NCBI GenBank assembly: GCA_046292385.1 | Contig: JBKBRF010000084.1 | Coordinates: forward strand, 1-12,061 | Origin: Armatimonadota bacterium | GTDB lineage: Bacteria > Armatimonadota > SYMT01 | DNA: 12,061 nt | Direction of reading: 5' to 3' | Part shown: piece by piece, positions 5,962 through 12,061 of the stretch | Layout: every line of letters starts with the position of its first letter | Position numbering within the stretch: position 1 is the stretch's first letter | Notes under the pieces: generated by a model | What the model saw: the letters and a program-made list of their open reading frames with translations, nothing else | Told to the model about the DNA's origin: nothing | Database searches by the model: none | Program-made: the position numbers and the translations under genes

Positions 5962-6861
5962 ATGCCTGCTCGCCGCGTGGCGGTGCTGGGAAACCCCGCT
6001 TCCGGCCGGGGACGCGGCGAGCGCCTGCTAACGCAGGCGGAGCGGGCCCTGCAGGCCCTCGGCGCCGAGGTCCGGCTCCTCCGCACCGAGCGCTCCGGCC
6101 ATGCCCCCGAGCTGGCGGAGGCGGCCGCCCGGGAGGGGGTAGACGCTATCCTGGTAGTGGGCGGTGACGGTACGGTCCGGGACGCCGTCCAGGGCCTCCA
6201 CCAGGCCGCCGCCCTCTCCAGCATTCCACTGGCGATCCTGCCCGGCGGGACCGGCAACGACCTGGCCCGCTCCGTAGAGACGGCCCGCACCGTCGAGGCG
6301 GCGGCGAGGGCGGCGTTAGGCGAGCGGGAGCGGCGACTCGACGTCTGGTCGTGGGACGGTACCCTCTTCGTCAACGTCGCCGGCGTGGGGCTCGACGCGG
6401 CGGTCGCCGCGGAGGTGAACCGCTCCTTCCGCGCGATCGGCGGCACCCTGGCCTATATCGGCGCCGTGCTGCGCGTGCTCCCCGGCTTCAAGCCCCAGCA
6501 GATGAAGCTGACCTGGCCGGAGGGGGAGTGGGAGGGCCGAGTCTGGCTGGTCGCCTTCGGGAACGCGGAGTCCTACGGCGGCGGGATGCGCATCGCCCCC
6601 GGCGCCGCTCCGGACGACGGCTGCCTGGAGGTCGTGATCGTCCAGGACGTGCCGAAGTGGGAGCTGCTCTGGCAGTTCCCCCGGCTCTTCACCGGCGGAC
6701 ACGTCCGCCACCCCCGCGTGCTGCAGCTCCGCGTGTCGGAGATCGAGGTGCACGCCTCGCCACAGCCGGTCACCCTCGACGGAGAGCTGATCGGCCACAC
6801 CCCGGCCCGCATCCGCCGCCTGCCGGAGCAGCTCCGGCTCCTACTGCCGCCCGAGGAGTAA
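5962..6861 (+). CDS. Diacylglycerol/lipid kinase family protein (DagK/YegS/BmrU family)
   Basis: NPASG, GGDGT, PGGTGNDLAR, FVNVAGVGLDA, N..SYGGG, DDG.LEV and LDGE motifs; GAGGAG RBS. Confidence 0.93.
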   Translation: MPARRVAVLGNPASGRGRGERLLTQAERALQALGAEVRLLRTERSGHAPELAEAAAREGVDAILVVGGDGTVRDAVQGLHQAAALSSIPLAILPGGTGNDLARSVETARTVEAAARAALGERERRLDVWSWDGTLFVNVAGVGLDAAVAAEVNRSFRAIGGTLAYIGAVLRVLPGFKPQQMKLTWPEGEWEGRVWLVAFGNAESYGGGMRIAPGAAPDDGCLEVVIVQDVPKWELLWQFPRLFTGGHVRHPRVLQLRVSEIEVHASPQPVTLDGELIGHTPARIRRLPEQLRLLLPPEE

Positions 6862-6871
6862 ACCGAACGGT

Positions 6872-7088
6872 ACGCGAGGCTACGAAGGCGGAGGCGAGGT
6901 CACGAGGGACGCGGAGGACGCGAGGCAGTACCAGAGCCACGCGTGCCCGCGCGAGTAAACTCGGCGCTACTCAGAGCGGTAGCCCCGAAAGCTTTCGGGG
7001 CTACCGCAGCCGGTACACGGAGGGCCACGCCTGTTCCGTTCCGGTCCCCTTCGCGTCCTTCGTCCTCTTCGCGCCTTCGCGTTCGTTC
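6872..7088. repeat. Long imperfect inverted repeat built from ~9-nt units (CGAAG/CGAGG...CTTCG)
   Basis: Purine-rich left arm ~6872-6925 (ACGCGAGG, ACGAAGG, ACGAGGGACGCGGAGGACGCGAGG). Complementary right arm with CTTCG at 7049, 7058, 7067 and 7075. Lies between convergent genes. Confidence 0.6.
6976..7007. repeat. Perfect 32-bp palindrome, REP-like; may double as a bidirectional terminator
   Basis: GCGGTAGCCCCGAAAG|CTTTCGGGGCTACCGC, containing GTAG...CTAC ends. Confidence 0.75.
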
Positions 7089-7093
7089 GCGGC

Positions 7094-9070
7094 TTATTCC
7101 CCCCGGGCCACCTGCTGCTCGTGGAGAGAGCGCGCCCGGCGGAGGAAGCCGACGAACTGGTCGACGTTCGTGTTGAAGGTCGACTCCGCCAGCTTCTCGC
7201 CCTCCGGAGTGATCACCACGTAGAGCGGGAGGGTGGTCTGGCCGAACTTCTCGAGCTGGAGGTCGGCGTAGCGGCGCGACTCGTCGGTCTCCTTGTCGGT
7301 CCAGAGACGCACCGTCACGAACTTCTGGAACTCCTGGGAGACCTCCGGCAGCGGGAAGACGGTGTCTTCCATCACCCGGCAGTTGGTGCAGGTGACCCCG
7401 GTGAAGTCGATAAAGACCGGCTTTCCTTCCGCTTTCGCCTGCTGGAGCGCGGCGTCGTAGTTCTCCAGCCAGCGCACGCCGCCCTCCGCCACGTGCGACT
7501 CCTGTCCCGGATACTCCCGCGGCGGGAAGAAGCCGTTGATCTGGCCGAGCGGGACGCCGTTCATCGCCAGGAGGAAGAGGCTCCCGGCGACCAGCGTCGC
7601 CGCGCCGAAGGTCCGGCGGAACCAGCCGACCGGCGCATCATCGTCGTGCGGCAGCTTGATGAGGCCGAGCAGGTAGATCCCCGCGAACATGAAGATCGCG
7701 AACCAGATCGCCAGGAAGACCGGCCGGGTCAGGAAGCCGAGCTGCCAGACGAGGTCGGCGTTGGAGAGGAACTTGAGTGCCGCCGCCAGCTCCAGGAAGC
7801 CCATGTAGGCCTTCACGGTGACCATCCAGGCGCCGGCACGCGGCATCTTGGCGAGCCACTGCGGGAAGAGCGCCAGCAGGAAGAATGGGGAGGCGAACGC
7901 GGCGCTGAACGCCAGCATTCCCGGGACCGTCCACTGCAAGTTACTGGCGGAGGTGGCCAGCAGCGTCCCCACGAAGGCGAAGGTGCAGGTGAAGGAGGTC
8001 AGCGTGAAGGTGAGGCCCATCAGGAGCGGGCCCACCAGCCCGCCGCGCTGCGACCCGGCCTGGGCGCTCTGCAGCATCCAGGTGGGCAGCTGGATCTGGA
8101 AGCCGCCGAAGAGGTTCACCGCCATCACGATGAAGAGCAGGGCGAGCAGCAGATTGGTGACCGGGTGCGTGGCGAACCGGGAGATGCTGCCGGCGCCGAA
8201 GAGCAGGCTCATCACCAGTCCGAGCGCGGTGAAGGTGCCGATGATGCCGAGGCAGTAGGCGATCGCGCTCCGCAGGCCGGACCCGGGGCTCACTTCCTGC
8301 TGCTTGGTGAAGAAGCTCACCGTGATCGGAATCATCGGGAAGACACACGGCGTGAGCAGCGCCAGCAGCCCCATCGTGAAGGCGAGCCACAGGAAGGCGA
8401 GGAAGCCCTGTTTCTGGGCCGCGGCGATCTGGCCGCTCACGTCCTCCGCACCGCCCGGGCCGGGGGTGCCGCCTCCCGTGGAGCCGGCTGCCGGGGGCGC
8501 TTCCGCGCCCTCAGGGGCCTGATAACCCTCGGGCTGCGCCGGCGGCTGAACCGCGGCCGCCGCAAGCTCCGGCCGGGCGGCACCGGCTTCGACCGTGAAG
8601 CTGACCGGGACGGTATCGGTGGTTGGCCGCAGGCAGACGCCGTCGGTCTGGCAGACCTGGTAGCGCACCTTCACGGTGGCCTGCTGCTCGCCCGGAGCGG
8701 AGGCGGTCACCTTGACCGGCAGGCCAAACGACACGGCGCCCTCGAAGTACTCCACCTCGATCTTGAAGCCGGCATCCATGTGCCGCTCCGGCGCCGGCTG
8801 GACTGCATCTCCCGCGGCCTCCAGCGCCTGGCCTGCGTCCAGGGTGATCGTCGTCGGCACCGGCCCGAGCTCCGCGTCGACTTTGTTCACGGAGTAGATG
8901 TGCCAGGGAGCTTCGACCGTCGCCTCCAGCACCACTTGCGCGGTTTCGCCGGGGCGCACGGTAGGCGGCTCCAGCCGCGCCGACCACTTCACCGGGTCGG
9001 GCGGAGCCGCGCTCGCCGGCAGCGCGACGAACAGAAGCAGGAACCAGAGGAGGAGACGACCGGCCTTCAT
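7094..9070 (-). CDS. dsbD: Thiol:disulfide interchange protein DsbD
   Basis: Signal peptide; Ig-like alpha domain (WHIYS, YQVCQTDGVC); transmembrane domain with LTPCVFPMIP and SFTCT; C-terminal thioredoxin domain IDFTGVTCTNC. Alternative GTG start at 9079. Confidence 0.93.
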   Translation of the reverse strand: MKAGRLLLWFLLLFVALPASAAPPDPVKWSARLEPPTVRPGETAQVVLEATVEAPWHIYSVNKVDAELGPVPTTITLDAGQALEAAGDAVQPAPERHMDAGFKIEVEYFEGAVSFGLPVKVTASAPGEQQATVKVRYQVCQTDGVCLRPTTDTVPVSFTVEAGAARPELAAAAVQPPAQPEGYQAPEGAEAPPAAGSTGGGTPGPGGAEDVSGQIAAAQKQGFLAFLWLAFTMGLLALLTPCVFPMIPITVSFFTKQQEVSPGSGLRSAIAYCLGIIGTFTALGLVMSLLFGAGSISRFATHPVTNLLLALLFIVMAVNLFGGFQIQLPTWMLQSAQAGSQRGGLVGPLLMGLTFTLTSFTCTFAFVGTLLATSASNLQWTVPGMLAFSAAFASPFFLLALFPQWLAKMPRAGAWMVTVKAYMGFLELAAALKFLSNADLVWQLGFLTRPVFLAIWFAIFMFAGIYLLGLIKLPHDDDAPVGWFRRTFGAATLVAGSLFLLAMNGVPLGQINGFFPPREYPGQESHVAEGGVRWLENYDAALQQAKAEGKPVFIDFTGVTCTNCRVMEDTVFPLPEVSQEFQKFVTVRLWTDKETDESRRYADLQLEKFGQTTLPLYVVITPEGEKLAESTFNTNVDQFVGFLRRARSLHEQQVARGE

Positions 9071-9246
9071 GGGACGCACACCCTTTACGATTACTCCGCA
9101 CGCGCCGGCCGGATCTCGGGAGATTCCGGCCCGAACGCGATGCTACCCGTTTAGTTCTACGCATCCCGGAGCGAAAATGTCATTGCGCCTCCGGGGCGCG
9201 TGCGGAGCAGACTCGTTGTGGCGGCGGCTGTGACCGGTCAATCGGC

Positions 9247-9645
9247 TCAGGGGCGGCGCGTGGTACGGGTGGTCGACCGCGCCGGCGCCGCGGCGGGAGC
9301 GGCGGGAGCGCTCGCCTTCTCCCGGGCCGGGGGAGGCGGAAAGAGGCTGGTGAGGCCGCAAGTATCCAGGATCTTCCGGACCGGCAGCGTGGGGTTCTGC
9401 ATGTAGATCGTCCCGCCGCCCTGGCGGGCCGCCTTGAGCGCTTCGAGCAGAACACCCACCCCCTTGCTGTCGATGAAGTTGAGCCGGCTGGTGTCGAGCA
9501 CCACGTTCGGCCCATGCTCCTCGATGTGGCGAAGCAGGATTCCCCGGGTCCGTTCGGAGGTGTCGAGATCGAGCGTGCCGTCGAGGGCCAGCAGCAATTG
9601 CCCGTCTTCGCGACGGATATAACTCTCCAGATGGGCTTCGGTCAT
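9247..9645 (-). CDS. STAS anti-sigma-factor antagonist (RsbV/SpoIIAA family)
   Basis: LDGTLDL, VVLDTSRLNFIDSKGVGVL with an intact phosphoacceptor Ser, GGTIYM.NP..VRKILD..GL, and a ~30-aa Pro/Ala/Thr/Arg tail. Confidence 0.92.
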   Translation of the reverse strand: MTEAHLESYIRREDGQLLLALDGTLDLDTSERTRGILLRHIEEHGPNVVLDTSRLNFIDSKGVGVLLEALKAARQGGGTIYMQNPTLPVRKILDTCGLTSLFPPPPAREKASAPAAPAAAPARSTTRTTRRP

Positions 9646-9773
9646 AGCTCAAGCAACCGTTCTGGCCGGGACCGGCCGGAAGAAATCACCCCAGCGGGGT
9701 TAAAGGGGAGGAAGGAGCCAGCGAGCTACCGACCGCAGGTTCCCCGGGCAGGCAGTGGCATCCTCTGCCCGCT

Positions 9774-9799
9774 TTACCCGCGGCACAGACCGCTGAAAC
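9774..9799 (-). promoter_or_regulatory. Putative sigmaB/SigF-type promoter upstream of the STAS gene
   Basis: Minus strand GTTTCA (9799-9794), 14-nt spacer, GGGTAA (9779-9774), close to the sigmaB consensus GTTTww-N12-15-GGGWAW. Confidence 0.55.
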
Positions 9800-9845
9800 A
9801 TCCCGGCTCCAACCGCTTGGCCGCTAGCCAGTCAGGAAACCTCTC

Positions 9846-11735
9846 GTGACCGATCGAGCGACCCGATTTACCCCCCACACTGAATCTTCCCCCGCCTCGC
9901 TGGAGGCGTACCTCCACCGGATGAGAGAGACGGCGCCGGTCCGGACGGCGACGAAGCCGGAGTGGATCGCGCGGCGGACCGCGGTCCGCGAGCGGCTGCT
10001 CCGCGCCCTGGGCCTGGATCCGCTGCCGGACCGCCTGCCGGGAGAGCTCCACACCTCCGGCACGCTGGAGCGAGAGGGCTACCGGGTGCACCGCGTCTAC
10101 TGGCAGACGTGGCCGAAGGTCTGGGCGAGCGGCTGGCTCTACGCTCCGGCGGAGACGGCCTCACCCGGCCCCGCCGTGCTCTACCCGCTCTCCGCAGGGG
10201 GACTCGACGCGGAGGCGCAGGCACGGCTCGCCGCGCTCGCCCTCCTCGGCTACACCGCGCTGGCGATCGATCCGCTGGAGGTCCGGGAGCTCGCGGTCGG
10301 CCTGACGCGGGCCACCGTCTCCACCTACACCGGAATGCGCGCCTTCGACTTGCTTGCGGCCCTGCCGGAGGTCGATCGGGAGAAGATCGGGCTGGCGGCC
10401 CCGGCCGGCGCCGCCGAGGAAGCGCGCTACCTGCTCGCGGCGGAGGAGCGGCTCCGCGCGGCGGTCATCCCGGAGGCGGCGCTCGTTCCGTTCCACGCGC
10501 TTCCCGAGCCGATCCCCGTCCCGGGCGTGCTGCCGTTCACCGATCCGGTGGAGCTGTGCGCGCTCGCCTCACCGCGGGCGCTCCTCATCCTGGGGACGGC
10601 GGATTCGGCCGGCCGCGACACGGAGGAGGAGCGGAACCGGCTGCTCTCGATCTTCCGGCTGTGGGGCCAGCCGGACCGCCTGGCTTACCGGCAGCTCAGC
10701 TCCGCGGACGCACCCGAGGTGATCGCCGCCTGGCTGGAGCGGGAGCTCCGCCGGGACCGCAGCGCGGAGCCGCGGCCGCTGGGGGAGACCCCGATCGAGA
10801 GCGCGGAGACGCTCGCGGAGCTGGAAGGCGCGCCGGAAGGCGACCGCGGCGTGGAGGGGATCCTGGACTGGCACCGGCGGCGCGTGGTGGCGCAGCCCCC
10901 GCAGCTCGAAGGAAAGCCGGCGCGCCGCTCCTACCAGGAGCGGACCCGGGCGGAGCTGCGCGCGCTGCTCGGCGAGCCGTGCCGGGTGACCCTCGACCCT
11001 CGATCCGACGGCGAGATCGAGGGCGCCGCGCGGCTGACCCTGCGGTCGGAGCGAGACGTCCGCGTGCCCGTGCTCTGGCGCCATGAAGGCGGCGAGGGGC
11101 TTCGCCCGGTAGTCGTAGTCGCGCATCCGGAGGGAAAGGAGGCGGCGCTGCGCCAGCCCGCCGCCGCCGGGCTGGCCGCGGCGGGGTGGTCGCTGCTGGC
11201 ACCGGACCTGCGGCTCTGCGGGGAGCTTTCCCGCGAGTGGAGAGACGGGCCGGCTCTCTGGGGCCGGCCGGCAGTGGGGATGGCGGTCGACGACCTCCTG
11301 GCTTGCGTCGACTGGCTGCATGGCCACCCGGAGGTCGATCCCGCTTCGATCGTCCTCCTCGGCTGCGAAGGACACGGGGTGGTCACGCTGCTGGCCGGGG
11401 GACTGGACGAGCGCGTCGGCGCAGTGGTGGCGGATTGCTGCGGCACCACCTACCGGGACGGCGGCGAGGGACTGCCGGTCATCCCGAACCTCCTGCGCGT
11501 CGCCGACCTGCCGCAGATCGCCTCCACCGTCTCTCCGCGCCCGCTCTGGCTCTACCGGGTCCCGGCCGAGCGGGTCGGCTTCTCCAGCCGCCGCTACTAC
11601 GACTGGACCCGGCGCACGCACCAGTCGATCGGCGAAGAGGAGTCGCTCCAGCTCGATACCGGAGAGCTGCCGGAGGCCTCCCGCCTCGACGAATGGCTGC
11701 GCCGCCGCCTCCGCCGCGCCCGCCGCGGTGGCTAG
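9846..11735 (+). CDS. Tandem alpha/beta-hydrolase-fold protein (acetylxylan-esterase-like) with degenerate catalytic motifs
   Basis: REGYRVHRVYWQT, SGWLYAP..PGPAVL, RAFDLLAALPEVDREKIG and ALASPRALLI in domain 1; LLAPDLRLCGE, LWGRP..GM.VDDL, VDPASIVLLG, LDERV and VSPRPLWL in domain 2. AGGA RBS before GTG. Confidence 0.85.
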   Translation: MTDRATRFTPHTESSPASLEAYLHRMRETAPVRTATKPEWIARRTAVRERLLRALGLDPLPDRLPGELHTSGTLEREGYRVHRVYWQTWPKVWASGWLYAPAETASPGPAVLYPLSAGGLDAEAQARLAALALLGYTALAIDPLEVRELAVGLTRATVSTYTGMRAFDLLAALPEVDREKIGLAAPAGAAEEARYLLAAEERLRAAVIPEAALVPFHALPEPIPVPGVLPFTDPVELCALASPRALLILGTADSAGRDTEEERNRLLSIFRLWGQPDRLAYRQLSSADAPEVIAAWLERELRRDRSAEPRPLGETPIESAETLAELEGAPEGDRGVEGILDWHRRRVVAQPPQLEGKPARRSYQERTRAELRALLGEPCRVTLDPRSDGEIEGAARLTLRSERDVRVPVLWRHEGGEGLRPVVVVAHPEGKEAALRQPAAAGLAAAGWSLLAPDLRLCGELSREWRDGPALWGRPAVGMAVDDLLACVDWLHGHPEVDPASIVLLGCEGHGVVTLLAGGLDERVGAVVADCCGTTYRDGGEGLPVIPNLLRVADLPQIASTVSPRPLWLYRVPAERVGFSSRRYYDWTRRTHQSIGEEESLQLDTGELPEASRLDEWLRRRLRRARRGG

Positions 11736-11901
11736 TGGCGGGTCCAGCCACCTCTGTTCTGCTGAAGTGGGGGAGTAACTGAGTGGAGCTCGGGAAGTAC
11801 TCACCCCTTTGCGAAAGCGGGCAGTGGCGCGAGAGGGAGGCCGCGCAAGGATACTGTTGGCGAAATCGGGAAGCTTCTCCGGGGCCCCGCTGGCGCGGGG
11901 C

Positions 11902-12011
11902 GCGAAAGCAAGCATTCGCACTCCACAGGCTAGCCCGGAAGAGATTCCCTCTCGTCGAAAGGGAGCCGGCCTCGGTGCAGTCTGTGGAGTGCGGTGGCTT
12001 GTGTCACACGC
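11902..12011. repeat. Inverted doublet of GGAGTGCG-type REP-like palindromes
   Basis: CGCACTCCACAGGCT (11917-11931) pairs with AGTCTGTGGAGTGCG (11979-11993), 15 bp with one G-T pair. Each end carries its own small hairpin around CAAGC/GCTTG. Confidence 0.6.
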
Positions 12012-12061
12012 TGTAAAGTTACGCCGCTGGTGGCGCAGGAAGGTTTTGCCGCATCGCTCGC

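Noticed and set aside
980..6446. Long alternative-frame ORFs (980-1972, 1786-2778, 2160-3185, 2666-4042, 4944-6446)
   Set aside because: They overlap well-supported genes, have R/A/P/G-rich or antisense-type composition, and lack RBS or domain motifs.
6872..7088. Possible CRISPR array
   Set aside because: Units are ~9 nt, degenerate and inverted, with no spacers and no cas genes.
7378..7410. DsbD thioredoxin motif TCTNC instead of WCxxC
   Set aside because: FTGxxCxNC is a common variant in this DsbD subfamily, and all three Cys pairs are present.
7121..9154. 677-aa + strand ORF
   Set aside because: Antisense shadow of dsbD caused by GC-rich codon bias; no recognisable motifs.
9962..11921. 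ORFs 9962-11086 (+) and 10569-11921 (-)
   Set aside because: Shadow frames of the hydrolase gene; the main frame is continuous, so no frameshift is needed.
11783..12016. 77-aa + strand ORF
   Set aside because: Runs through palindromic repeats and has no protein-like features.

Overview
GC-rich bacterial chromosomal window just downstream of an rRNA operon. It probably comes from a diderm (DsbD, LolA-fold protein) with Terrabacteria-type genes (long RsmG, Rsb partner-switching proteins), possibly Armatimonadota-like, which is inference only. Gene order: 3' part of 5S rRNA and terminator; orphan hypothetical (-); a + strand unit of REC-PP2C phosphatase (RsbU/RsbY-like), rsmG and a degenerate-STAS/RsbW-kinase fusion; a convergent - strand unit of an unknown Zn-ribbon protein and mraZ; a secreted LolA-fold-like protein and a DagK/YegS-type lipid kinase; nested palindromic repeats; dsbD (-); an RsbV-like STAS protein (-); a tandem alpha/beta-hydrolase with degenerate nucleophile elbows; and a REP-like doublet. 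Main observations: (1) mraZ is detached from rsmH/dcw, and an uncharacterised CxxC..CxxC gene sits between mraZ and a strong sigma70 promoter carrying four phased GTGG (MraZ-type) boxes. (2) A dispersed phosphatase/kinase/anti-anti-sigma partner switch is interleaved with rsmG, and its STAS gene has a sigmaB-type promoter. (3) rsmG contains an in-frame 63-nt palindromic insertion.
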